The position numbers and the translations under genes are program-made. A stretch of DNA of 63,087 nt, taken from contig PTLH01000001.1 in NCBI GenBank assembly GCA_002938035.1, positions 1 through 63,087 of the forward strand, read 5' to 3'. This stretch comes from Alphaproteobacteria bacterium MarineAlpha3_Bin6 (GTDB taxonomy: Bacteria > Pseudomonadota > Alphaproteobacteria > Rhodospirillales > UBA2165). Positions 37,187-46,833 of the stretch are shown here, in pieces (positions within the stretch are counted from its first letter, which is position 1; each line of letters starts with the position of its first letter). The notes beneath the pieces were generated by a model. The model made no database searches. It saw only the letters and a program-made list of their open reading frames with translations, and was not told the origin of the DNA.

Positions 37187-38932
37187 TTGAAGCCGGTGGC
37201 CCAAGCCATAGCCCCCGTTGAGCCTGTTCAGACGTGGCGTCGTTTTTTAACCCAAGAGACGATCGTGACCGTTATCGTAGGGTTAATTGTTGCGGTCGCC
37301 GTTATATTGCCACTCATAACCCTTGTTGTGAGTAGTTTCCTCGTTTTAGATGACCTGGGATTTGATACGGAATGGGGCCTCGAAAATTACATCCTCTTGT
37401 ACACCGATCGGGTCATTCCGAAAGCGATCTTTAACACGTTCATTATCAGTTCCGGTACGATGATCCTAGCTACTTTTCTAGGCGTTTCGTTAGCCTGGAT
37501 TAACGCCCGGACCAACTGTCCGTGGGCTGATTACCTCGAACCGTATAATCTCATACCTTTCTTTTTGAGCCCATTTGTAGGGGCTATCGCATGGCATAAT
37601 CTGGCATCGCCCAGAATTGGCTTATTGAATGTCTGGTATCGGGATTTTTTTGGTGCCGAAGGTTATTTGTTGAATGTGGATAATCTCTGGGGCGTTATTT
37701 GGGTTACCGGTTTATTTTTTACTCCGTTAGTTTATCTTTTTGTTATTGGTTCACTCAGGCGCATGGATCCGTCTCTTGAAGACAGTGCCCGCACGACAGG
37801 TGCCGGGTTACTTAGAACCACTCTGACAATTACCCTTCCCCTTGTAACACCGGCGATATTGTCCGGGGCGATAATAGTATTTGTCACGAGTGCCGGAGAA
37901 TTTGGTGTCCCCTTTAAATTGGCTGCCCCTTACGGATGGGAAACGCTTACCACACAAATTTTTACAAAGGCTGTGGGTGATGATGCCAACCACTATCTTG
38001 GTGCCACCATGAGTATGGTGCTTGGTGTCATAACAGTAATACTGATCTGGGTTCAAAGGGTCTATATCGCGCCAAGATCCTACACAACAGTTACGGGTAA
38101 GGGGTTCCGTCCGAACGTGCTGGACCTTGGTAAATGGAAATGGGTGGCATTCGGTTTTAACCTTTCCTACATATTCGTCGCAGTTGTTTTGCCCATCTTT
38201 TGCTTATTCATTGTTAGCCTACATCCGGTCTGGACCGCAGAAATTATTCCCAGCGATATGAGCATGAATAACTATGTCAAAACATTATTTTGGTGGCGAG
38301 AGGATAGTATACGAGCCGCCACTGATGGTATAATTAATAGCTTTATCCTGGCGTTTTCCGGCGCTTCAATTGCGATGGTCTTGGCCCTGGTCGTTAGTTA
38401 TATGATACATCGTACCAAAGGTTTTGGTTCTAAGGTGCTAGACATTTTGTGTGTGATTCCTATCGGGTTTCCGGGGATTGTATTAGCCATGGGTGTTTTG
38501 GTCACGTACATCCAGACGCCAATTTATGCCACGTTATGGATCCTTCTTCTGGGCTATATCACGAGATTTTTTCCATACGGGCAGCGGAATATTGCTTCCA
38601 TCATGCTGGCTATATCTGAAGAACTTGATCAAAGTTCCCGTATGTCGGGTGCTACCTGGTTCACGACACTGCGCCGTATAACGATACCTCTTTTAAAACC
38701 TGGGATATTTGCAGGCTGGGTGCTTTTATTTGTCATATTCCTGCGAGAATTATCCATATCGATCATTTTATATTCGACGGGGACTGAGACAATCTCTGTA
38801 GGTGTTTACTACCTAGCTAACTTTGAAAATGAGGCTTTGACCTCTGCTTTGTCCATGACCCAAACAGTAGTATTGTTAATTTGCATCTATATTTTTAGGC
38901 GGGTTGCAGGAAAAGAGGCATTATCCGCCTGA
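37187..38932 (+). CDS. ABC transporter permease, fused two-domain (2 x BPD-type) protein
   Basis: 581 aa, about 12 TM segments. Two EAA-like loops (LEDSARTTGAG..., LDQSSRMSGAT...). Confidence 0.85.
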   Translation: MKPVAQAIAPVEPVQTWRRFLTQETIVTVIVGLIVAVAVILPLITLVVSSFLVLDDLGFDTEWGLENYILLYTDRVIPKAIFNTFIISSGTMILATFLGVSLAWINARTNCPWADYLEPYNLIPFFLSPFVGAIAWHNLASPRIGLLNVWYRDFFGAEGYLLNVDNLWGVIWVTGLFFTPLVYLFVIGSLRRMDPSLEDSARTTGAGLLRTTLTITLPLVTPAILSGAIIVFVTSAGEFGVPFKLAAPYGWETLTTQIFTKAVGDDANHYLGATMSMVLGVITVILIWVQRVYIAPRSYTTVTGKGFRPNVLDLGKWKWVAFGFNLSYIFVAVVLPIFCLFIVSLHPVWTAEIIPSDMSMNNYVKTLFWWREDSIRAATDGIINSFILAFSGASIAMVLALVVSYMIHRTKGFGSKVLDILCVIPIGFPGIVLAMGVLVTYIQTPIYATLWILLLGYITRFFPYGQRNIASIMLAISEELDQSSRMSGATWFTTLRRITIPLLKPGIFAGWVLLFVIFLRELSISIILYSTGTETISVGVYYLANFENEALTSALSMTQTVVLLICIYIFRRVAGKEALSA

Positions 38933-38954
38933 TTTCCAGTTATTGAGAGATGCT

Positions 38955-40058
38955 ATGAACACAGAGGATAAAAATTATTTAGTAGTGGACCAACTGGTTA
39001 AATGGTTTGGTTCCGATCGTGCCGTAAATGGTATCTCCTTTAGTATCGAAAAGGGTTCTTTCCTAACCCTCCTGGGGCCGTCAGGTTGTGGCAAAACGAC
39101 AACATTGATGAGTATAGCTGGGCTCCATGCCATCGATGCCGGTGAAATACGGGTAGGCGATACAATTTATACATCGAGAGAAAAGAAAATTTTCCTGCCA
39201 CCCGAAAAACGGGATATCGGAATGGTTTTCCAGAGCTATGCAATCTGGCCTCACATGACAGTGAAACAAAATGTTGCGTACCCGCTGGAAATCAGAAAAT
39301 TGCATGCCGACGAAATTGACGAAAGGGTCAACAAGGTTTTAGAGCTGGTTGGCCTCTCTGAAATGGCTGAGAAACTCGCTACACAGTTGTCCGGAGGACA
39401 GCAACAGAGAACGGCCTTGGCGCGTGCAATTGTTTCAAATCCCAGGCTCCTGTTATTTGATGAACCATTATCAAATCTCGATCTAAAGTTACGCGAACAG
39501 ATGCGTGTGGAGTTGAAACGTATTCAAAATGAAGTAGGAATTACTTCAATTTACGTTACTCACGATCAATCGGAGGCCTTGGTTATGAGTGACGAAATCA
39601 TAGTGATGAGCAAAGGGCGAATTGAGCAGAGGGATCCACCATTAGCTGTTTATTCAAAACCAGTTAATGAATACGTGAGTCAATTCATCGGTGTCGCAAA
39701 CCTTTTAAAAGGTAAGGTGTTGAGTGAAGCGGAAAGTGGCAAGGGGAAAGTCGATATTTCAACATCTATTACAGGGCTTTCATGTGATTGCCTATTGAGC
39801 AGTGAGATGAAAAAAGGAGATGAGGTGGTTGTTTCTGTGCGACCAGAAAACGTCTCAGTTTCCAGAGATAATACCGATAGCAGTGGTATAGAAGGTAAAG
39901 TCAACGCGGCTATTTTCATGGGTAACTGTGTTGACTGTAGGATAACATCCGGTAGCTACGAGTGGAAAGTACTTACACATCCTCGAGAAAATCTGAATGA
40001 AGGAGATCGCGTTTTTTTACACCTTGATCCTGAACATACCTTGGCGGTGACACCATGA
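38955..40058 (+). CDS. ABC transporter ATP-binding protein 1 (with C-terminal TOBE-like domain)
   Basis: GPSGCGKTT, LSGGQQQR, LLFDEPLSNLD. The ATG at 38955 lies after the permease stop; the ORF track starts at 38904. Confidence 0.9.
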   Translation: MNTEDKNYLVVDQLVKWFGSDRAVNGISFSIEKGSFLTLLGPSGCGKTTTLMSIAGLHAIDAGEIRVGDTIYTSREKKIFLPPEKRDIGMVFQSYAIWPHMTVKQNVAYPLEIRKLHADEIDERVNKVLELVGLSEMAEKLATQLSGGQQQRTALARAIVSNPRLLLFDEPLSNLDLKLREQMRVELKRIQNEVGITSIYVTHDQSEALVMSDEIIVMSKGRIEQRDPPLAVYSKPVNEYVSQFIGVANLLKGKVLSEAESGKGKVDISTSITGLSCDCLLSSEMKKGDEVVVSVRPENVSVSRDNTDSSGIEGKVNAAIFMGNCVDCRITSGSYEWKVLTHPRENLNEGDRVFLHLDPEHTLAVTP

Positions 40059-41173
40059 TAGATGCTCAATCATCCATGGTAGAAATAACCCACCTTGAAA
40101 AGCGTTTTGGAGCGGAAATAGCGGTCGAAGACTTTAACCTATCCGTGGGGAAAGGTGAGTTTGTTACACTTCTTGGTCCTTCTGGTTGCGGAAAGACTAC
40201 GACTTTGCGTTCTATAGCTGGCCTGGAGAAACTCGATGCCGGGGAAATAAGGATCGGTCAAAATATTGTTGTTTCAGCGGATAAAAATATTTTTCTTGAT
40301 CCCGAATTAAGAGAAATAGGGATGGTCTTTCAAAGCTATGCGGTTTGGCCCCATATGACGGTATTTGACAATGTGGCCTATGGGCTTCGGGTTCGTGGAA
40401 CTAAGGCATCAGATCTTAAGAAGAAGACGACATATGCCCTTGAACTAGTAGGCTTAGATCACCTGGCGGATCGCTTTGCAACTAAACTGTCAGGAGGTCA
40501 ACAACAAAGGGTAGCTCTCGCCAGAGCTATTTGTTATGAACCAAATGTAATACTTTTTGACGAACCTCTCTCAAATCTTGATGCGAAGTTGAGAGAGCAA
40601 ATGCGAGATGAGATTGTAAAGCTTCAAAAAGAAGTCGGCATTACCTCAATCTTTGTGACACACGACCAATCGGAAGCGCTCGTTATGAGTGATCGTATTG
40701 TTGTTATGGATAAGGCGGTAATTCAGCAGATTGGTGACCCAAAATCCATATATTCAAATCCAGTAAACTCGTTCGTGGCTAATTTTATCGGCGTCGCTAA
40801 TCTCTTTCAGGGTAAACTCATTGGAGTAGAAGGCACGGAGTGTCAAATTGAAATTAATTTTGGTAATGCATTAGCAACCAAGAAACTTTTGTCGACGGGG
40901 GGTGATAATCTAAACCTCGGACAACAAGTTTTTTTGAGTGTGCGGCCCGAAGATATAAAACTGAGTACAAAAAAGTCTACTGGAAACGTAGAGGCAAATT
41001 GTATCGAAGGGATTGTTTTAGATACGGTCTATTTGGGAAATTTTTTGGAGTGCAGGGTCAAGATAGGGTCCCATGAAATGATTGTACAAATTGATCATTT
41101 TGAGCAACTTGATAAGGGTCAAACTGTCTACGTTTCTTTTCTTCCCCAACATGGACTGACTTTGCCTAATTGA
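40055..41173 (+). CDS. ABC transporter ATP-binding protein 2 (paralog, with TOBE-like domain)
   Basis: GPSGCGKTT, LSGGQQQR, ILFDEPLSNLD. 4-nt ATGA overlap with the preceding ATPase gene. Confidence 0.9.
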   Translation: MIDAQSSMVEITHLEKRFGAEIAVEDFNLSVGKGEFVTLLGPSGCGKTTTLRSIAGLEKLDAGEIRIGQNIVVSADKNIFLDPELREIGMVFQSYAVWPHMTVFDNVAYGLRVRGTKASDLKKKTTYALELVGLDHLADRFATKLSGGQQQRVALARAICYEPNVILFDEPLSNLDAKLREQMRDEIVKLQKEVGITSIFVTHDQSEALVMSDRIVVMDKAVIQQIGDPKSIYSNPVNSFVANFIGVANLFQGKLIGVEGTECQIEINFGNALATKKLLSTGGDNLNLGQQVFLSVRPEDIKLSTKKSTGNVEANCIEGIVLDTVYLGNFLECRVKIGSHEMIVQIDHFEQLDKGQTVYVSFLPQHGLTLPN

Positions 41174-41348
41174 ATAGTCCAACATGTCCCCAATTTTACA
41201 GTTTTCAGGTGGGGACGGGGAGAAACTTTCGGCATTGTATTTGTGAAGATGGATTTCGCGTCAAGGTATAAAGACTTGGGTCTGCCAGGAATTCTAAAAA
41301 TTACACCAAATTAGTTAATTATTTAAATAATGAACCGAGGTGACCCGA

Positions 41349-42494
41349 ATGGATTTTGGTTTTACTCCAGATCAAGAGGTTTTGCGTACCAACGCAAGGA
41401 AGATACTCCAAGAGGTCTGCACGCAAGATTATGTTCAGCAATGTGACACTGAAGCTCGCCCCCCTCGAGAGGCATATGCTGCCATGGCTGAGAATGGCTG
41501 GCTTGGACTGATATTACCTGAAGAATATGGAGGTGTTTCAGGTTCTCCCATAGATATTGCAATTTTGTTAGAGGAGGCAGGACGGCAATATGAGGAACTA
41601 GCTGTTTGGATGTTTCGATCAATGGTTTGGGGGGGCTACGCAATTTTGTCCCACGGCAGCGAACAACAAAAACAAGAGTTTCTTCCAAAAATTTCTAGCG
41701 GTGAAATCACTGTCTGCTTTGGTCTCACGGAACCGGGTTCAGGTTCTGATGCAACAGCTCTCACTACATTTGCAAAAAAGGCAGAGGGCGGCGGGTATAT
41801 CATAAATGGCCAGAAAGTATTTACCTCGGGAATGGATATTAGTGATTATTGCCTTCTTGTTGCTCGAACCACTAAGGCTAATAAACAGCAGGAAGGTATC
41901 ACCAATTTCTTTATTGACACTAAGTCTCCAGGAATAGAAATCCAAAAGATTGAAACCTTGGGGCACCGGGCTATTGGAACAACTCAAGTATTTTATAGCG
42001 ACGTTAAAGTCCCGGAAAATTGTGTTCTCGGAGAGGTCGATGATGGCTGGCGTGCGGCTGATAAGTACCTTTGGTATGAAAGATTATGTCTTTCCGCCGC
42101 AAGGTATGGTGCTGCTTCAAAGGCATTTGAGTATGCATTAGACTACGCTAAAAATAGAGAGCAATTTGGTCAACCTATTGGAAAATTCCAGGCTATTTCG
42201 CACAAATTAGCCGATATGAAGGTTATGTTGGATGTTTCCAGGGTGCTGGTCTACCAGTTTGCTTGGCAAATGGAGGCGGGGAAAGCCTCGAGACACGATG
42301 CCGCTATATTGAAGCTCTATACCAGTGAGGCGTATAAAACGATTTCTGATCTTGGTTTGCAGATTTATGGAGGGTACGGATACTGCATGGAATACCCAAT
42401 GCAACGTTTCTTCCGTGACTCTCGGCTTGCGGTTATTGGCGCTGGAAGCTCTGAAATACAACGCAACATTATTGCTCGTAGTCTTGGCCTCTGA
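41349..42494 (+). CDS. acyl-CoA dehydrogenase family protein
   Basis: MDFGFTPDQ start after GAGG. GLTEPGSGSD, and a C-terminal ...GGYGY...RD.R...IGAGSSEIQRN pattern. Confidence 0.9.
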   Translation: MDFGFTPDQEVLRTNARKILQEVCTQDYVQQCDTEARPPREAYAAMAENGWLGLILPEEYGGVSGSPIDIAILLEEAGRQYEELAVWMFRSMVWGGYAILSHGSEQQKQEFLPKISSGEITVCFGLTEPGSGSDATALTTFAKKAEGGGYIINGQKVFTSGMDISDYCLLVARTTKANKQQEGITNFFIDTKSPGIEIQKIETLGHRAIGTTQVFYSDVKVPENCVLGEVDDGWRAADKYLWYERLCLSAARYGAASKAFEYALDYAKNREQFGQPIGKFQAISHKLADMKVMLDVSRVLVYQFAWQMEAGKASRHDAAILKLYTSEAYKTISDLGLQIYGGYGYCMEYPMQRFFRDSRLAVIGAGSSEIQRNIIARSLGL

Positions 42495-43692
42495 TAACCA
42501 AAATACACATGCTCTAAGCGGGGTCAGGATCCTGGAACTAGGGCAGATTATCGCGGGCACTTACGGTAGTCAGCTTCTATCAGATCTCGGGGCTGAGGTC
42601 ATAAAAATTGAACCACCGAATGGTGATCTTGGTCGCCTTACGTCGATTGCGCCATATCGCGGGCAAAGCGGACTTTTCTTGACTTTTAACCGCAATAAAA
42701 AAAGTATGGTCATTAATCTCAAGTCTGATGAAGGGCTGAAAACATTCTATGACCTCGTTAAAATATCTGATGTAGTGGTTGATAACTTTCGTCCGGGGGT
42801 GCTGGAAAAACTAAAAATTGACTATCAGTCTCTTCGGCAATTAAACAATAAGATTATTCAATGCTCAGTGACGGGGTTTGGTAATACAGGCGAATATAAA
42901 GACTTGCCTGCGTTAGATATTATAATTCAATCGATAAGTGGGTTGATGGCAATTACGGGAGAGCCAAATCGACCACCCGCGAGAGTTGGCATACCAATTT
43001 CTGATCTTGGTGGGGGTGTTTTCTCGAGTAATGGAATACTTGCAGCTCTTTACCAACGAGAGCGTACTGGCGTAGGAACCCGCGTTGAGCTTTCCATGTT
43101 TGATGCGATGCTGAGCCTTTTAAGTTATATGGGAACCATGTGGCTGACAAATAGAGAACTACCTGAACCACAAGGATCCAAGCACGAGTATACGGTTCCA
43201 TGGCAGGCTTTCTCCGCGAAAGATGGTTATCTAGTAATTGCGGCAAGGCAGGACGTGTTTTGGGAAAAATTATGCTCGGTATTAAATCTTCCAAAATTAT
43301 CGAGTGACGAAAGGTTCAAAACTAATCAGGATCGTGTTGAAAATAGAGACGTACTTGTGCCTATTCTTGAGGACCAGTTTATAAAGCGAACGGTTGAAGA
43401 CTGGCTTAAGGATTTCAGAGAGGCGGGCGTCCCTGCTGCTCCGGTGAATAATCTGGATGCGGTGTTCTCTGAGCCCCCAGTTTCTGAGCGTCAAATGATA
43501 GTAAGCTATGAACATCCAGAGGTAGGTAAAGTGAAACTTCCCGGCAATCCAATCAAATTAGGCGGTATGACAGAGGTAATCTCTAAACCAGCGCCTCTCC
43601 TTGGCGAGCACACGGAGGAGTTGCTCAAATCTTTATTGAAGTTAAGTCCGAGTGAAATAAAAGAACTAAGAGAAGCTGGAGCAATCAGTTAG
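42484..43692 (+). CDS. CaiB/BaiF family (class III) CoA-transferase
   Basis: LSGVRILELGQIIAGTYG N-terminus, NKKS, DVVVDNFRPG. No in-frame ATG after the ACAD stop, so a TTG at 42484 is the probable start. The upstream part of the ORF-track ORF (from 42325) overlaps the ACAD gene. Confidence 0.85.
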   Translation: MASDNQNTHALSGVRILELGQIIAGTYGSQLLSDLGAEVIKIEPPNGDLGRLTSIAPYRGQSGLFLTFNRNKKSMVINLKSDEGLKTFYDLVKISDVVVDNFRPGVLEKLKIDYQSLRQLNNKIIQCSVTGFGNTGEYKDLPALDIIIQSISGLMAITGEPNRPPARVGIPISDLGGGVFSSNGILAALYQRERTGVGTRVELSMFDAMLSLLSYMGTMWLTNRELPEPQGSKHEYTVPWQAFSAKDGYLVIAARQDVFWEKLCSVLNLPKLSSDERFKTNQDRVENRDVLVPILEDQFIKRTVEDWLKDFREAGVPAAPVNNLDAVFSEPPVSERQMIVSYEHPEVGKVKLPGNPIKLGGMTEVISKPAPLLGEHTEELLKSLLKLSPSEIKELREAGAIS

Positions 43693-43701
43693 GGTTATAA
43701 A

Positions 43702-44151
43702 ATGACCGGTTTATATTGGGAAGAATGGAAAATCGGAGCAGAATTTGTCACTTCCGCCCGTACGATCACCGAAACAGACATCATTAATTTTGCTGGAATT
43801 TCCGGGGATTATAATCCTCTTCACATTGATGAAGAGTTTTGTCGCAATACGCAGTTTGGAACAAGGATCGCTCACGGTCCGTTAGTTTATTCGATTGCGA
43901 CCGGGCTTATTTTTCAACTACACCTCTATGACGATACACTTATTGCATTTCTAGGTTTTGATAGCCTTAAATTTACAAAGCCAGTTAAGATCGGAGACAC
44001 AATACACGCCCGTGTAGAAGTAATAGAAAAAAGAGAAACGTCGAAATCAGATCGCGGGATAATGAAACGTCTCCTTCAAGTGCTCAATCAAAATAATGAA
44101 TTAGTGCAGGAAGGTGTTCAGGCATTCCTCCTAAAACGGAATTCCGATTAA
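43702..44151 (+). CDS. MaoC-like (R-specific) enoyl-CoA hydratase/dehydratase
   Basis: 149 aa hot-dog fold. FAGISGDYNPLHIDEEF motif. Confidence 0.85.
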   Translation: MTGLYWEEWKIGAEFVTSARTITETDIINFAGISGDYNPLHIDEEFCRNTQFGTRIAHGPLVYSIATGLIFQLHLYDDTLIAFLGFDSLKFTKPVKIGDTIHARVEVIEKRETSKSDRGIMKRLLQVLNQNNELVQEGVQAFLLKRNSD

Positions 44152-44242
44152 TAGAGGCACACCTAGCAGAAATTGATACTTGGTTTTTTACCCATCAGGT
44201 ATTTTTAAATAATTTTTTAATTAGTTTAGTCGGAGAAATAGT

Positions 44243-45118
44243 TTGTCCTATCCCCTCATAACACTCTACACCCCTGGAATTAAATTAGATCTTGCTCGTA
44301 AGGCCGACAAATATGCCCCCGACGCGATCATCATAGATTTAGAGGATACGGTTCCGCCGGACTTAAAGAACGAAGTTCGACATGAAGTGGCCGAACTGAT
44401 CCCGGATTTGGTCAACCCTCCCTTAGTTAGAATTAATAATGATAATGACTATTTGGAGAACGATTTGCGGGCGATTATAACAAAGAACACCCGTGGGATT
44501 TTATTACCAAAAGTAGAGAATACGAATAATCTCGAGATGGTGGACTCTATTATGTCAGAGTCTGAGAGAGAGCTTGGTCTCGAGAAAAATAGTATAAAAC
44601 TAATTTTACTTATAGAAACGGCACTCGGGGTTATGCGTTGTTATGAATTAGCATCGTCTTTGCCCCGGATAGAAAGTGTGTCCTTCGGTAGTGCCGAAGA
44701 TGGCGATCTGCAAACTAACCTCGGTTGTTCGTTTTCTATCGAAGGTCCGGAACTTTTGTATGCCAGATCAAGGGTGCTACTAGAGGCGCGGGCAGCAAAG
44801 TTACCGTACGTTTTAGATGGAGCTTTCAGTGGCATAGATGACCTTGATGGATTCAAGGAAGACTGTAAAATTTCCCGACGTTTGGGTTATGATGGAAGGA
44901 CTCTTGTCCATCCAGCTCAGATTAAACCGGCAAGAGAAATTTATACGATATCTGAGGAGAAAATTAAATATTACCAACGGGTGATCCAAGAATTTGAAGC
45001 ATCTGAAAAATTAGGTAATGCATCTATTAAAGTCGACGGTAAGCTCGTAGATTATGCGATGTACAATCAGGCTAAATCTCTACTGCAACGTTTTAGACCG
45101 GACATTCTTGCAAATTGA
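44243..45118 (+). CDS. HpcH/HpaI-CitE family acyl-CoA lyase (citrate lyase beta / citramalyl- or malyl-CoA lyase-like)
   Basis: 291 aa. DAIIIDLEDTV, LVRIN, ILLPKVEN and LLIETALG motifs. Confidence 0.85.
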   Translation: MSYPLITLYTPGIKLDLARKADKYAPDAIIIDLEDTVPPDLKNEVRHEVAELIPDLVNPPLVRINNDNDYLENDLRAIITKNTRGILLPKVENTNNLEMVDSIMSESERELGLEKNSIKLILLIETALGVMRCYELASSLPRIESVSFGSAEDGDLQTNLGCSFSIEGPELLYARSRVLLEARAAKLPYVLDGAFSGIDDLDGFKEDCKISRRLGYDGRTLVHPAQIKPAREIYTISEEKIKYYQRVIQEFEASEKLGNASIKVDGKLVDYAMYNQAKSLLQRFRPDILAN

Positions 45119-45119
45119 A

Positions 45120-46796
45120 TTAAGTAACTGCAATCGGAGCAATGGCATCGACGTCAGTCACTACGTCAATGATAACGGGTTGGTTGGCGCTTAGAGCCTG
45201 ATCTAGGGCGCTGTTAAAGTCACTAGGTTTTTCCACCCGTATTCCTAATGCCCCAATTTCATTGGCGATATTAGCAAAGTTCACTTTGGTAAAGTTCCAA
45301 ATCTCCTTAGCCTGTTCTGTTTGGGTGCCACCATATGCTTTGTCAAAGCCTGTTTTCGATTGGTTTCCCGCGCTATTGTTATTAACAAGAGTTATAGAAT
45401 TTATATTCCAACGAACCGCCGTTTCAATCTCGGCAATATGATACCAAAACCCGGCGTCACCGGTGAAGCAAACCACAGGGCGTTCCGGCAGGGCACATTT
45501 GGCCCCTAAACCTGCTGGGAAAGCCCAACCAAGATGACCGGCACTCCTAACGTAGTTTTGACTGGTCGAAGTTACGTCAAACATACCGCCCATCCACATT
45601 CCAGCGTGACCTGTGTCAACGACAACAAGACTATCGTCCGGTAATAATCGGGTCAGATCGTTACACAGTCTTTCCGGTCGAATTGGTGTGGCGTCAGATT
45701 TTAATAAGTGGTCGTATTCTGCATACCAGCTATCAACGAATTCTTTTACTTGTTGGTTCCATCTATCTCTAAGGGTAGCTGTTGATGGATCCATTAGGCT
45801 TATCATGACTTCAAGGGCCGACCGGGCGTCTCCTTGGACAGCCGCCTTTAGGGTGTAGTTTCGACCTATGGCTTCTGGGTCAATATCGATCTGAATGGCA
45901 TTAGAACCTATTGGCGGCACTTGCCAAAAATGAGTGGTCATGCCGCCGGTTTTACTCCCGATAAAACAAATCAAATCAGCTTCACTTACCACGCGGTTTG
46001 CTGAACCGCGAGAGTATGTTCCTACAACTCCTGCCGATAACGGATGGTTTGCTAAAAATGTATCTTTTCCATTTAGAGAAGTAGCTACTGGAATTCTCAA
46101 GGATTCAGCTAATTTAAGTAATTGAGGGCCAGCTTTAGAGTGTTTTACACCCCCCCCAGAAACAATTACGGGTCTCTCGGCCTGTTGTAACAAATCAAGG
46201 GCGCGTTCAATATCTTTTTTTTCAGCTTGTGGTCGGAAAGGTGGAATAGAATCAAAGCGCATATCCGTAATCGGTTCGAGATTGCCTTCTTCGAGGTCAA
46301 TTTGCCCTTCATTACCCTGAAATTGTAAATGTACTGGTCCAGGGCACCCCGATACGGCATTTCTATAAGCCTGTTCCAACATATCGGGAAACCGCTCTAC
46401 ATCATCAATGGTAGCGTTAAATTTGGTAACCGGTTCGAAGGCGGGGACGTCATCAATTTCCTGATATACGTGGCGAAACTTAGTCTTAGGACTTCTCCCA
46501 CCCGTAAACGCGATCACTGGTGAATTAGCGAGGAATGGTTCCCTCAGTCCGGCAGCAATATTCAGGGCGCCAATCACTTGGGCCATGCAAATTGCCGGTC
46601 TACCAGCTGCCCGGGCAAAACCATCAGCCATATATACGGCTGATTTTTCCGAGTGAACATGTAGCCGCTTAATTTTCGTACGCATTTCAATTTCGACTAG
46701 GGTCCGGCGTAGAATTGCCGGTACCATGAATACGTGTGTAACCCCGTAAGCTTCAAGTTGCTCGGCAAGAAAAACTGCCCCGGTTTTAAGCGCCAT
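45120..46796 (-). CDS. thiamine-pyrophosphate-dependent enzyme (acetolactate synthase large-subunit-like)
   Basis: 558 aa. N-terminal GVTHVFMVPA and TPP-binding GDAGFWYH...NN motif. The stop lies 1 nt from the convergent CitE-like gene stop. Confidence 0.85.
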   Translation of the reverse strand: MALKTGAVFLAEQLEAYGVTHVFMVPAILRRTLVEIEMRTKIKRLHVHSEKSAVYMADGFARAAGRPAICMAQVIGALNIAAGLREPFLANSPVIAFTGGRSPKTKFRHVYQEIDDVPAFEPVTKFNATIDDVERFPDMLEQAYRNAVSGCPGPVHLQFQGNEGQIDLEEGNLEPITDMRFDSIPPFRPQAEKKDIERALDLLQQAERPVIVSGGGVKHSKAGPQLLKLAESLRIPVATSLNGKDTFLANHPLSAGVVGTYSRGSANRVVSEADLICFIGSKTGGMTTHFWQVPPIGSNAIQIDIDPEAIGRNYTLKAAVQGDARSALEVMISLMDPSTATLRDRWNQQVKEFVDSWYAEYDHLLKSDATPIRPERLCNDLTRLLPDDSLVVVDTGHAGMWMGGMFDVTSTSQNYVRSAGHLGWAFPAGLGAKCALPERPVVCFTGDAGFWYHIAEIETAVRWNINSITLVNNNSAGNQSKTGFDKAYGGTQTEQAKEIWNFTKVNFANIANEIGALGIRVEKPSDFNSALDQALSANQPVIIDVVTDVDAIAPIAVT

Positions 46797-46833
46797 ATGA
46801 AATCTCTTTATATATTAGGTGGGTTTAAAGCTT

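Noticed and set aside
41186-41216. Hairpin gtcccca-17 nt-tggggac after the second ABC ATPase gene
   Set aside because: The loop is large and there is no T-run. This is not convincing as an intrinsic terminator.
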